Notes: generated by a model from the letters alone, not told the origin. DNA of 64,000 bases from Legionellaceae bacterium (GCA_030157805.1 JAOAUB010000036.1:2108-66107), one strand, 5' to 3'. Shown: positions 9,840 through 19,817, counted from the stretch's first letter. Made by a program: numbers and translations.

Positions 9840-11639
9840 ATGACGCAAGCGGCGTTGATTGAGCTCTTAAGTGTGGCTTTTCAAACGGATAAAAAACCAC
9901 TGATTGCTGTAGATGGTCTTGATTTTTCCTTACATGCTGGTGAAACGCTGGCTTTGTTAGGGGAGTCCGGTTGTGGTAAATCATTGACGGCCTTAGCATT
10001 GATGCGTTTATTACCCCCACATACGGTGTATGATTTTAAAAGTCATATTTGGGTTAATGGTGATGATTTATTGGATTTGCCTGAGTCCATGATGCGGCAA
10101 ATTCGCGGACGGCGCTTATCCATTATTTTTCAGGAGCCGATGACGTCCTTAAATCCGGTCCTTAGGATTGGAGAGCAGCTTTCTGAGGCTATCTTGCAGC
10201 ATCAACGATTGTCTCGACATCTTCTTCACGAGCGGATGTTAGAATTACTTCATGAAGTTGAATTGAGCGAGCCAGAATTAAGGTTACGGCAATATCCGCA
10301 TCAATTGTCTGGCGGTCAAAAGCAACGCGTGGTTATTGCCATGGCATTGGCCAATGATCCTGAAATTTTAATTGCGGATGAGCCAACAACTGCTCTTGAT
10401 GTTACTATTCAAGCCCAAATTTTAGCCTTACTCAAAAGCTTGCAAAAGCGTTATCAAATGAGTATGTTGTTGATTACGCATGATTTGGGTGTGGTTAAGT
10501 CGACAGCTGATCGAGTTTGTTTGATGTATGCAGGGCAGATTGTTGAGCAATCAACTGTGAGCGAATTTTTTTCGCGCGAATTGCATCCTTACGCACAGCA
10601 ATTAGTTGCGTCGCGACCTGGTTTTTCGAAACGCTCCTTTCGATTGGAGGCCATTCCCGGTTCGGTTCCTGGTTTGGATGTGTTACCCAAGGGGTGTCGT
10701 TTTCATCCCCGTTGTGCTCACGCCTATTCTTTATGCAAAACTCATGAACCTGCATTACAAGCCGTGGATAATCGTCTTATTCGATGTCATCTTTACCCTG
10801 AGCATACGGATTTATCCGCTTTGGTGTCGATTGCAAAACCACGTACTCCTGTTGTGCAACAAGATGAGATGTTGTTGGAAGTGAATAAGTTAAGTGTGCA
10901 TTTTGAATCACGAGCCCATTTTTTAGGAAAAAAACAAACGATTAAAGCCGTTGATGGCATCTCATTTCAAATTAAGAAAGGTAAAACCTTGGCGTTGGTT
11001 GGTGAATCCGGTTGTGGTAAAACCACAACAAGTCGAGCTATTCTTCGTTTAGTTCCCATCACGTCGGGTGATATTCGTTATCGAGGCAAAAAAATCGAGT
11101 GGCAAAATCGCTATGATGCGATTGAATACCGAAAAAAAGTACAGGTGGTTTTTCAAGATCCTTATTCATCGCTCAACCCGCGTATGACCGTCGATGATTT
11201 AATTGCAGAGGGCATGTTGGCTCAAGGAGTTTCGCCTAAAACGATACAAAAAAAACTCAAACAATTGATGGAGCAAGTCGGTCTTCCGGCAAATGCTTTA
11301 TCGCGATATCCTCATCAGTTTTCAGGAGGGCAACGGCAACGAATCTGTATTGCGCGTGCTTTGGCTATTGAGCCAGAAATTATTATTTGCGATGAGCCCA
11401 CCAGTGCTTTGGATATTTCGGTGCAAGCACAGATATTGAATTTGCTGAAAGATTTGCAAGATGAGTTTGGTGTGTCGTATTTATTTATTACTCATAATAT
11501 GGCGGTGGTCTCGTATCTTGCCGATGAAGTGTTAGTCATGAGTAAAGGGCATTGTGTTGAGTTTGGTTCGTGTGAGGCAATCTTTCATCATCCACAGCAG
11601 GATTATACTCGTCGATTATTGGGCAGTATTTTGGTTTAG
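9840..11639 (+). CDS. Fused double-NBD ABC ATPase of the peptide/nickel (Dpp/Opp, YejF-like) family
   Basis: There are two Walker A motifs (GESGCGKS twice) and two signature motifs (LSGGQKQR, FSGGQRQR). Between the NBDs lies an oligopeptide-type C-terminal Cys/His segment, GCRFHPRCAHAYSLC...IRCH. An SD-like GAAGGA precedes the ATG. Confidence 0.85.
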   Translation: MTQAALIELLSVAFQTDKKPLIAVDGLDFSLHAGETLALLGESGCGKSLTALALMRLLPPHTVYDFKSHIWVNGDDLLDLPESMMRQIRGRRLSIIFQEPMTSLNPVLRIGEQLSEAILQHQRLSRHLLHERMLELLHEVELSEPELRLRQYPHQLSGGQKQRVVIAMALANDPEILIADEPTTALDVTIQAQILALLKSLQKRYQMSMLLITHDLGVVKSTADRVCLMYAGQIVEQSTVSEFFSRELHPYAQQLVASRPGFSKRSFRLEAIPGSVPGLDVLPKGCRFHPRCAHAYSLCKTHEPALQAVDNRLIRCHLYPEHTDLSALVSIAKPRTPVVQQDEMLLEVNKLSVHFESRAHFLGKKQTIKAVDGISFQIKKGKTLALVGESGCGKTTTSRAILRLVPITSGDIRYRGKKIEWQNRYDAIEYRKKVQVVFQDPYSSLNPRMTVDDLIAEGMLAQGVSPKTIQKKLKQLMEQVGLPANALSRYPHQFSGGQRQRICIARALAIEPEIIICDEPTSALDISVQAQILNLLKDLQDEFGVSYLFITHNMAVVSYLADEVLVMSKGHCVEFGSCEAIFHHPQQDYTRRLLGSILV

Positions 11640-11786
11640 TGCTTGGTCAATATTTAGTTTTGGAGTTGAAGGTAAGCGTTTCGTGGTTTGATGTCAGATG
11701 CAAGGGTTGTTTGAACCGAAAAAAGGCGCGTTGGCTGTGCTTGATGTAACAAGTTTTGCTTCATCGTTATATGCACAGCCGAAAAA

Positions 11787-13505
11787 TCAAGTGCGAAGAG
11801 TATATAGTTGTTCTTCAACGAAGCTTAATATGTCCTTAAGTTCGATGACTTTAACGTCATCATTTTTGCGGGCTTTGTATTCCACCACGTGATTTTGTAA
11901 ATGACGATCACTTATCACAATTCGGTGTGGTATGCCGATAAGATCATTGTCAGCAAACAACACACCAGCACGTTCGTTGCGATCGTCAAGGTAAACATCA
12001 ACGCCTTTTTCGAGCAGGGCTTGATAGAGTTTTTCTGCTTCTTGCATCACGTTGACGCAACGATGGCCATTGATGGGAATGATGTTGACCAGGAAGGGAG
12101 CAATGCTTGCCGGCCACGTAATTCCTTTATCATCGTGGTGTTGTTCAATAGCTGCAGCAACCACACGGGAAACACCAAAACCATAGGTTCCCATCAGCAT
12201 GGTTTGTGCAATCCCTTCTTCATTAAGAACTTGTGCTTTCATAGCATTAGAATATTTATCACCCAACTGGAAAACATGGCCTACTTCAATGCCGCGGCAT
12301 GCGTGCAAATGGCCCTTGCCATCGGGGCTAATATCGCCTTCTTTAACCGTACGTAAATCGTAGCTTTCGCGAACTTGGACATCACGGCCCCAGGCGGCAT
12401 TGCGATAATGTTGGTTTGCTTGGTTTGCGCCGCACACAAAAGAGTCTAATGCGAGGGCAACGTGGTCCACGATGACCGGAATATCAAGATTGATTGGTCC
12501 TAAGGAACCGATAGGTGCTTTGACGAGCTTGGTAATCAGGCTTTCATCCGCAAATCGCAATGGTTTTTTGATGAGCGGGTGTTTAGCAGCTTTTACTTCA
12601 TTGAGTTCATCATCGCCTCGTAATACTAAGGCAATCAATGGATGCTCACGACCTTCAACGAACAAGGTTTTAACGGTGTTTTCTTGCGGCACGTTTAAGT
12701 AAGTTGCAACGTCATCGATGGTTTTTTGATTGGGGGTGTCTACTAAGATCATCGGTGGTGCCTTTTGAGGATTACCGAGGGGGGGAAGCCATGAGGTTGC
12801 TTGTTCCACGTTAGCTGCATAATCACTGCCATCGCTATAAAAAATAGTGTCTTCACCGGAATTAGCTAAGACTTGAAATTCATGCGATGCTGAGCCGCCA
12901 ATAGCGCCGGTGTCCGCTTCGACAGCGCGATAGCGTAACCCAAGGCGTTCAATAATACGACTATAGGCTTTGTACATGTCATCGTAGGTCTTTTGCAGGG
13001 ATTCTTGAGTTAAATGAAATGAATAAGCGTCTTTCATAATGAACTCGCGTGCACGCATGACGCCGAAACGAGGTCTGATTTCATCACGAAATTTGGTTTG
13101 AATTTGATAAAAATTAACCGGTAATTGTTTATAAGAGCGTAGTTCATGACGCGCTAGATCAGTTATGACTTCTTCATGGGTCGGGCCAAAACAATAATCG
13201 CGTTGGTTGCTGTCTTTCATGGTGAGCAGTTGACCGCCAAAGGCGTCCCATCGTCCGGTTTCTTGCCATAACTCAGCCGGTTGTACCGCGGGCATTAATA
13301 CTTCCATCGCTTGGGTACTATTCATTTCTTCACGAATGATGTGTTCAACTTTTCGTAAAACGCGTAACCCCAAGGGTAGCCAAGTGTATAAACCCGAACC
13401 AAGTTTGCGGATCATGCCTGCTCTTAACATGAGTTGATGGGAAATGAGTTCCGCATCATTGGGAATTTCTTTTAAGGTGGCGGAAAACCATTGAGATGCA
13501 CGCAT
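11787..13505 (-). CDS. proS: Prolyl-tRNA synthetase
   Basis: From Met26 of the track [47 protein letters not shown] is near-colinear with the E. coli ProRS N-terminus. The start is therefore placed at 13505 rather than 13580. Confidence 0.95.
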   Translation of the reverse strand: MRASQWFSATLKEIPNDAELISHQLMLRAGMIRKLGSGLYTWLPLGLRVLRKVEHIIREEMNSTQAMEVLMPAVQPAELWQETGRWDAFGGQLLTMKDSNQRDYCFGPTHEEVITDLARHELRSYKQLPVNFYQIQTKFRDEIRPRFGVMRAREFIMKDAYSFHLTQESLQKTYDDMYKAYSRIIERLGLRYRAVEADTGAIGGSASHEFQVLANSGEDTIFYSDGSDYAANVEQATSWLPPLGNPQKAPPMILVDTPNQKTIDDVATYLNVPQENTVKTLFVEGREHPLIALVLRGDDELNEVKAAKHPLIKKPLRFADESLITKLVKAPIGSLGPINLDIPVIVDHVALALDSFVCGANQANQHYRNAAWGRDVQVRESYDLRTVKEGDISPDGKGHLHACRGIEVGHVFQLGDKYSNAMKAQVLNEEGIAQTMLMGTYGFGVSRVVAAAIEQHHDDKGITWPASIAPFLVNIIPINGHRCVNVMQEAEKLYQALLEKGVDVYLDDRNERAGVLFADNDLIGIPHRIVISDRHLQNHVVEYKARKNDDVKVIELKDILSFVEEQLYTLRT

Positions 13506-13932
13506 GGCGGCTCCTGTTTTAAGCGATTGTGTAATGAAGTCGCTTTTGATTGTAATATATTTCAATGTTTTCGAACACATGATTTTTGGTGAGACCGCTA
13601 GTTATTAATTTTCTTCCCTGAAATCCCTCAACGATGAAACGATGATTTCTGCTTTCTATTGCGGCATGGTCATAATAGTCGCCATGTTAAATGCAGAACC
13701 GCCTCTGTGATAGGAGAGCAACGCAAGCAAATATTCCATTTTTTACTAAACTTAAAAGTAACGGCTTGTTTGTTATCCCAAGGAGGATACGACGAGCGAT
13801 TTTAAGTCATTAGTTTTGAGCATCATTCAGAAGATCTTTCGACACCTCGGAATGACGTGTGTGCGATGGGTGAGCAGTACCACCACTTAAGGTATGAACT
13901 GATTTCAACATGAAAGAAGGGATATAAGTCAA

Positions 13933-16158
13933 ATGAAGAGCAATACGTTTTATCGAATGGGAACTTTAATTTACTCATGGCGAAAGTACATCATCGGTTG
14001 GTGGGTATTCCTTATGTTTGCGTGTGTTCCATTTGCTCCAAATATTATCAGTTGCTTCAAAACCACGGGCTTTATTGATGAAAAGTCAGCAAGCGCTATT
14101 GCACAGCAAACTCTTGATAAGACGCTGGGTTACAACAAAGAGAATAAATTTATTATTATATATACAAGCCCTACATTGCATGCTTCCAACCGGTTATATG
14201 TTGATAAAATACAAAAATCATTGTCGGGTTTAAGAGATTTTCCGATAAAACACGAAATTTTTCTTCCAAGTCATAATCCACAGCAAGTGTCAAAAGATCA
14301 GCACAGTGCCTATGTTGTTGTCATCGTCAAGCGTGTTAAGCCGCTCAGCGGGGAAATTTTAGCAAAATTTAAAGCGTCAATAAAAACTCCATCGCACATG
14401 ACGATGCAACTGGGGGGCGAGCCTCTATTTCAAGAAAATTTAAATCTACAAACTCAACGTGATCTTTTCAAAGCGGATTTTGTTGCAACGCCTGTTGCGA
14501 TTATTACGTTGATTCTTATTTTTGGAAGCTTGGTTGCGGCGACAATTCCTATTGTTCTTGGGGGCGGTTGTGCATTATTTATTTTGACCACGCTTTATAT
14601 TTTAGGGCATTTTTTTTCGCTTTCAATTTTTACGATAAATATCGCGCTGTTGCTAGGGCTTTGTTTGAGTATTGATTATGCTTTATTTATCATGAGTCGA
14701 TTTAGAGATGAGTTAGACCATGGGCTAAGTATCGCGGAAGCTCTTGCCGTGACGCAGGCCACGGCTGGAGAAGCTGTTTTTTTTAGTGGAATGGCGGTTT
14801 TGGTGAGTCTCAGCGCGTTGTTTTTGTTTCCTATTAATATTTTATTTTCGGTGGCAGTTGGGGGATTAACCGCGGTATTTGTTGCGTTAATTACAGCACT
14901 TTTATTTTTACCTGCCATTCTTGCAATCTTAGGTCAGCGTATCAATGTGTTATCCGTTGGGCTCTTTAAAAAAAATAAAGCGAATCGATCGACATCTTGG
15001 CATTGGGTTGCCGAAAAAGTGGTTCATCACCCATTCCCTTGTTTCTTTTTCATTCTTACTATTTTATTAACATTGGGTTATCCGTTCTTGTCCGCAAAAT
15101 TTGGAGTGTCTGATTATCATATTTTTCCTGAAAAATCAGCAAGTAGATATTTTTTTGATACCTACTCTGAAAAATTTAAAGAAAGTGAGTTAACGCCTAT
15201 TTCAATGATCATCAAAACGAATCATGGTTCCATTTTATCACGTACAAACATCGACAACTTGGTTGATTTGACGGCAAAGTTAAAACGAAACCCGATAATA
15301 AGTGAAATCAACAGTATTGTGACGACTACACCTCAGTTAACAAAGAATCAATATTATGAGTTGTATAATAATCATAAAAATAAAATGAACTCTGATATTA
15401 AAAAACTATTGGAAACAACAACGCGCCATTATTTTACGGTGATTACGATCGTAAGCCATTATCAGGTTAACTCAGTTAAAACTAAAACGTTAATTACGGA
15501 TCTTCGTAAGATGAATATTGGTAAAGAGGTGAGTCAAGAGTTGACGGGAGCGCCAGTAAGTAATATGGATGTTATGGCGAGCATTAAGCATAGTCTTCCT
15601 TACGCCATCTTATGGATTATGATTTCAACGTACTTCATTCTTCTTATTTTATTACGTTCGTTATTTTTGCCGTTCAAAGCCATTATCATGAACTTATTAA
15701 GTCTTAGCGCGTCTTATGGTGCCTTAGTTCTTGTCTTTCAAGAGGGTTATTTGCATTGCTTGCTGAATTTCGAACCTCAAGGAATGTTGGATATTAGTTT
15801 GGTTGTCATTATTTTTTGTGCATTATTTGGGTTTTCCATGGACTATGAGGTTTTTTTATTAAGTCGAATTAAAGAGTCTTATCAGTCGTGCAAGGATAAC
15901 AATCTAAGCATTGTTTTTGGTATTGAAAAAAGTAGTCGAATTATTACCAGTGCCGCGCTGATTGTTATTTTCCTTTGCGGTTCATTTCTGGTTGCGGATG
16001 TTATTATGGTTAAGGCTTTTGGTTTTGGTATCGCGGTTGCTATTTTTGTCGATGCCTTTTTAGTGCGAACAATTTTAGTTCCTGCGACGATGGCAATGCT
16101 CAAAGCTTGGAATTGGTATTTACCGTCATGGTTGGATAAAATTTTGCCGAAAATATGA
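13933..16158 (+). CDS. MMPL/RND-superfamily membrane transporter
   Basis: A 741-aa protein with two repeated six-TM bundles. Each bundle carries the MMPL motif: SIDYALFIMSRFRDEL and SMDYEVFLLSRIKE. No membrane-fusion or outer-membrane partner gene is adjacent. Confidence 0.8.
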   Translation: MKSNTFYRMGTLIYSWRKYIIGWWVFLMFACVPFAPNIISCFKTTGFIDEKSASAIAQQTLDKTLGYNKENKFIIIYTSPTLHASNRLYVDKIQKSLSGLRDFPIKHEIFLPSHNPQQVSKDQHSAYVVVIVKRVKPLSGEILAKFKASIKTPSHMTMQLGGEPLFQENLNLQTQRDLFKADFVATPVAIITLILIFGSLVAATIPIVLGGGCALFILTTLYILGHFFSLSIFTINIALLLGLCLSIDYALFIMSRFRDELDHGLSIAEALAVTQATAGEAVFFSGMAVLVSLSALFLFPINILFSVAVGGLTAVFVALITALLFLPAILAILGQRINVLSVGLFKKNKANRSTSWHWVAEKVVHHPFPCFFFILTILLTLGYPFLSAKFGVSDYHIFPEKSASRYFFDTYSEKFKESELTPISMIIKTNHGSILSRTNIDNLVDLTAKLKRNPIISEINSIVTTTPQLTKNQYYELYNNHKNKMNSDIKKLLETTTRHYFTVITIVSHYQVNSVKTKTLITDLRKMNIGKEVSQELTGAPVSNMDVMASIKHSLPYAILWIMISTYFILLILLRSLFLPFKAIIMNLLSLSASYGALVLVFQEGYLHCLLNFEPQGMLDISLVVIIFCALFGFSMDYEVFLLSRIKESYQSCKDNNLSIVFGIEKSSRIITSAALIVIFLCGSFLVADVIMVKAFGFGIAVAIFVDAFLVRTILVPATMAMLKAWNWYLPSWLDKILPKI

Positions 16159-16519
16159 CGATTGATGAACAAGGGCAACGTTTCGACTTTAATTGCTTCT
16201 AAATCAACCATATTGACCTCGCCTTTAGGGATGATTTGAAGAAATAGTTTTCGAAAATGAGCGAACTGACTCATCTAATTGTCTCTGCAACTGGCGTTGA
16301 TCTTGATGAAATAATCCACACCCTCAATAATCCCTTATCCATCTTCTGCAGAATATGGTCTAAAATATCTTTACGATACGTTTTAAATTCCATAATATTC
16401 TTTGTTTGAAAAACAGAGTTTTTGGGGTGTTTTTTGCACCAAAGTCATATGTTCGAATGAAATTCATTGTTTTCATGACATTCATAGAATGAACCCATCA
16501 ACCAGAATGAGACCTTATT

Positions 16520-17302
16520 GTGAGAGTCATTAGTTTTAACGCCAATGGAATTCGTTCAGCTGCTAAGAAAGGATTTTTTGCCTGGTTAACTGCGCAAGAT
16601 GCCGATTTTGTCTGTATTCAAGAAACGAAAGCACAGCGCTTTCAACTGCAATTGGAAGCTTATTTTTGTCCGCAAGGTTATTTTTGTGAGTATGTGGATG
16701 CCCAAAAGAAAGGATATAGTGGCGTTGCGTTGTATGCGAAAAAAAAACCACTGAATATTATAACTCAGCTTGGGTTTCCAACGTGTGATAACGAAGGGCG
16801 TTATGTGCAGTTTGACTATGATCATTTAAGTGTTATTTCACTTTATTTACCTTCAGGTTCAAGCGGTGATGAACGTCAAGCTGTTAAATTTGATTTTCTT
16901 GAACGATTCACGGAAACCTTGCGTGCTTTAAAAAATTCAGGACGAGAGATTATTCTTTGTGGCGACTATAATATTGCCCATCAACCCATCGATTTAAAAA
17001 ACTGGCGTGCGAATCAGAAAAACTCTGGTTTTTTGCCTGCAGAGCGTGCTTGGATGGATAAGTTGTTTGGAGAGCTAGGTTTTGTTGATGCGTTTCGAGC
17101 GATTAATCAAGAACCTGAGCGTTACACGTGGTGGTCGAATCGGGGGCAAGCGTGGGAAAAAAATGTGGGATGGCGAATTGATTACCAAGTCATTACGCCT
17201 GGACTTGCTGAGCGAGTGTGCGGAGCGTCGATTGAAATTGATCAGCGTTTTTCAGATCACGCACCATTAACGATAGATTACCGTGAGATGATGAATGATT
17301 AA
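16520..17302 (+). CDS. ExoIII/AP-endonuclease family nuclease (ExoA/Ape-like subtype)
   Basis: GTG start. The motifs FNANGIRS, CIQETK, GDYNIAH and SDHAPL are typical of the EEP-fold ExoIII family. Confidence 0.85.
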   Translation: MRVISFNANGIRSAAKKGFFAWLTAQDADFVCIQETKAQRFQLQLEAYFCPQGYFCEYVDAQKKGYSGVALYAKKKPLNIITQLGFPTCDNEGRYVQFDYDHLSVISLYLPSGSSGDERQAVKFDFLERFTETLRALKNSGREIILCGDYNIAHQPIDLKNWRANQKNSGFLPAERAWMDKLFGELGFVDAFRAINQEPERYTWWSNRGQAWEKNVGWRIDYQVITPGLAERVCGASIEIDQRFSDHAPLTIDYREMMND

Positions 17303-18068
17303 ATTAGCAACTTGGAACGTCAATTCGCTCAAGGTTCGTCTTGAACAAGTGATGGAGTGGCTCAAAACAAGTGGTGTGAGTATTTTGGCTTTGCAGGAAA
17401 CCAAAGTAACGGATGATCAATTTCCTGTGAGCGTGTTCGAAGACCATGGGTTTTATGTCAGTTACTCAGGGCAAAAAACGTATAACGGCGTGGCGGTAAT
17501 TAGTTGTTATCCATTGACGGATAGTTGCGCCGGTGTCCCCTGTTTTGATGATCCACAACGTCGAGTCTTGGCAGTGACAGTTGAAGGCTTCCGATTGATT
17601 AATTTGTACGTGCCTAATGGGGCTGACGTGGGTTCAGAAAAATATCAGTATAAATTGTTATGGCTTAATAAAGTTCGTCGTTATATTGAGTCAGAGTTAA
17701 AACGTTATCCTAAGTTGGTGGTTGTGGGTGATTTTAATATTGCGCCGGCTGATGATGATGTGCACGATCCGAAATCATGGGAGGGTTCAGTTTTGGTGAG
17801 TGCTGCTGAACGTGAAGCGTATCAGGCCTTATTGGATTTGGGTCTTTATGATAGTTTTCGTCATTTTAATCGGGATGAGCAAGCCTTTAGTTGGTGGGAT
17901 TATCGCGCGGCTGGATTTCGTCGTAATCATGGTGCGCGCATCGATCATGTTTTATTGAGTGAATTATTGTTATCGACTTGTCGTGATGTGGTGATTGACA
18001 AAGAACCGCGTCGTCACGAACGCCCTTCCGATCATGCGCCAGTTATTGCAAGTTTGATCATGAGTTAG
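17295..18068 (+). CDS. xthA: Exodeoxyribonuclease III (XthA-like subtype)
   Basis: The motifs WNVNSLKVR, ALQETKV, GDFNIAP, FSWWDYR and PSDHAPV are colinear with E. coli XthA. The gene overlaps the upstream paralog by 8 nt. Confidence 0.85.
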   Translation: MIKLATWNVNSLKVRLEQVMEWLKTSGVSILALQETKVTDDQFPVSVFEDHGFYVSYSGQKTYNGVAVISCYPLTDSCAGVPCFDDPQRRVLAVTVEGFRLINLYVPNGADVGSEKYQYKLLWLNKVRRYIESELKRYPKLVVVGDFNIAPADDDVHDPKSWEGSVLVSAAEREAYQALLDLGLYDSFRHFNRDEQAFSWWDYRAAGFRRNHGARIDHVLLSELLLSTCRDVVIDKEPRRHERPSDHAPVIASLIMS

Positions 18069-18225
18069 GCCTTTTCAAAAAATTGATTTCATGAATTAAT
18101 TCTGTTAATCTTTGCGGTCATTTGTGCCCTTACAATCGTTCAATTGCAGGGTTAGTTAAAATGGATATGGTGCCTGGCATGGGTCTGGGTAGCGATATTC
18201 GAAAGCAAAGAGAGAGTATTTATTC

Positions 18226-18459
18226 ATGAAAGCTTCTATTCATCCAGAGTATAAAACTATCAACGTCACCTGTAGCTGTGGAAATACTTTCCAAACAGGT
18301 TCAACCTATGACCGCGATTTAACAATTGAAGTGTGTGCTCTGTGTCACCCTTTTTATACAGGTAAACAAAAATTAGTGGATACTGGCGGTCGAGTTCAAA
18401 AATTCCGTGATCGTTATAAACATTTTGAAAAACCACAAGTCAAATCAGAAGAAAAATAA
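18226..18459 (+). CDS. rpmE: 50S ribosomal protein L31 (zinc-ribbon type)
   Basis: The N-terminus is [20 protein letters not shown]. The sequence [13 protein letters not shown] follows, completing the CxC...CxxC zinc motif. Confidence 0.95.
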   Translation: MKASIHPEYKTINVTCSCGNTFQTGSTYDRDLTIEVCALCHPFYTGKQKLVDTGGRVQKFRDRYKHFEKPQVKSEEK

Positions 18460-18464
18460 TTATC

Positions 18465-19694
18465 GTGAATAACGATGATTTACAGCAGCGTGCTCTGCAT
18501 TATCATGCATTTCCGACTCCGGGAAAGTTAGCGCTTTGCTTAACCAAACCAACGAATTCTCAAAATGATTTGTCGCTGGCTTATACTCCGGGTGTTGCGG
18601 CACCCGTTTTAGCCATTGCAAAAAATCCAGAAGATGTGTTTCGTTATACTGCCAAAGGAAATTTGGTGGCTGTGATGACGAATGGAACTGCTGTGCTTGG
18701 TTTAGGCAATTTGGGTCCATTGGCCAGCAAGCCGGTCATGGAAGGTAAGGCCGTTTTATTTAAACGTTTTGCAGATATTGATGTTTTTGATATTGAAATT
18801 GACGCAGATACGGTTGAGTCATTTATTGAGACTGCTCGACGAATTGCACCGACATTCGGTGGAATTAATCTTGAAGATATTAAAGCTCCAGAGTGTTTTG
18901 CTATTGAAAAGGCATTGATTGAGCAGTTGTCTATTCCGGTATTTCATGATGATCAACACGGTACTGCGATTGTTATTGCCGCAGCCTTATTAAATGCTCT
19001 GGAGATACAGGGCAAAAAATTATCTGAAGCGCGTATTGTTTGTATTGGCGCCGGCTCGGCTGGGATCGCATCAATGCGACTTTTAGTCAAGTTAGGGGCT
19101 AATAAAAGCAAGATGTTATTGCTTGATAGCCAAGGGGTTATTCATTCAGGCCGTAGTGATGTTAATTTGTACAAGTCTGAGTTTGTTCGCGATACGGATC
19201 AACGCACTTTAGCCGATGCATTAATTGATGCGGATGTATTCATTGGTGTTGCTAAACCTGATTTGTTGACAGGGGACTTGTTGAAACTCATGGCTAAAAA
19301 ACCTGTTGTTTTTGCGTTATCAAATCCAAGTCCAGAAATTAAGCCAGAGCTAGCTCATCAATGTCGTGATGATTTAATTATTGCGACAGGGCGCAGCGAT
19401 TACCCAAATCAAGTGAATAATGTTTTATGTTTTCCTTATATTTTTAGAGGAGCGCTTGATGTTCGTGCGACATGTATCAACCATGCTATGATGGTTGCAG
19501 CCGTGGATGCTATACGAAAATTAGCTCGTGAGCCTGTTCCTGACGTTGTAAAGGCCAATTACCCCAATGTCACATCTTGGGATTTTGGTCGTGATTATAT
19601 TATACCTAATCCTGTTGATCCCCGTTTGCGGGAGCAAGTTTCTAAAGCCGTCTCCGAGGCTGCCATTGCTACGGGTGTTGCGCAGTTATTTTAA
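18465..19694 (+). CDS. NAD(P)-dependent malic enzyme, short form without a PTA-like domain
   Basis: GTG start. The motifs LAYTPGVA, VFHDDQHGTA and the dinucleotide fold GAGSAG match the MaeB N-terminal catalytic module. The protein ends after 409 aa. Confidence 0.85.
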   Translation: MNNDDLQQRALHYHAFPTPGKLALCLTKPTNSQNDLSLAYTPGVAAPVLAIAKNPEDVFRYTAKGNLVAVMTNGTAVLGLGNLGPLASKPVMEGKAVLFKRFADIDVFDIEIDADTVESFIETARRIAPTFGGINLEDIKAPECFAIEKALIEQLSIPVFHDDQHGTAIVIAAALLNALEIQGKKLSEARIVCIGAGSAGIASMRLLVKLGANKSKMLLLDSQGVIHSGRSDVNLYKSEFVRDTDQRTLADALIDADVFIGVAKPDLLTGDLLKLMAKKPVVFALSNPSPEIKPELAHQCRDDLIIATGRSDYPNQVNNVLCFPYIFRGALDVRATCINHAMMVAAVDAIRKLAREPVPDVVKANYPNVTSWDFGRDYIIPNPVDPRLREQVSKAVSEAAIATGVAQLF

Positions 19695-19715
19695 TTATTT
19701 CTAAAGATTGAATGC

Positions 19716-19739
19716 ATCCTTTCTTTTGACGGAAAGGAT
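19716..19739 (+). terminator. Stem-loop downstream of the malic enzyme gene
   Basis: ATCCTTTC (19716-19723) pairs with GAAAGGAT (19732-19739) across an 8-nt loop. It is followed by AATTTT, so the U-tract is weak. Confidence 0.4.
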
Positions 19740-19817
19740 AATTTTCGAATGGATTCGAAATAAAAATTGATTGTTCATGTTCTTTTCCTAGGGCTTATTC
19801 CTAATGTTAAGGAGTCT

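Noticed and set aside
15882-16274. A 130-aa minus-strand ORF from the six-frame track.
   Set aside because: About 277 nt of it lie antisense to the well-supported 3' end of the MMPL gene, whose C-terminus (...MAMLKAWNWYLPSWLDKILPKI) looks complete. Only the first 38 or so codons lie in intergenic DNA. It is treated as at most a short relic or mini-ORF (see the finding at 16159-16519), not as a 130-aa gene.
16454-16494. A Fur-box-like sequence, AATGAAATTCATT, upstream of the first ExoIII gene.
   Set aside because: It matches the core AATGATAATCATT at 11 of 13 positions, but the flanking GAT/ATC arms of the 19-bp Fur consensus are absent. An iron-regulated xth is also not expected. It is kept only as an unexplained palindrome cluster, not called as a Fur site.
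18465-19694. The malic enzyme considered as a truncated maeB pseudogene, because it lacks the C-terminal PTA-like domain.
   Set aside because: The ORF is intact. It has all catalytic and NAD(P) motifs, ends with a clean stop followed by a hairpin, and short-form malic enzymes of about 400 aa are common in bacteria.
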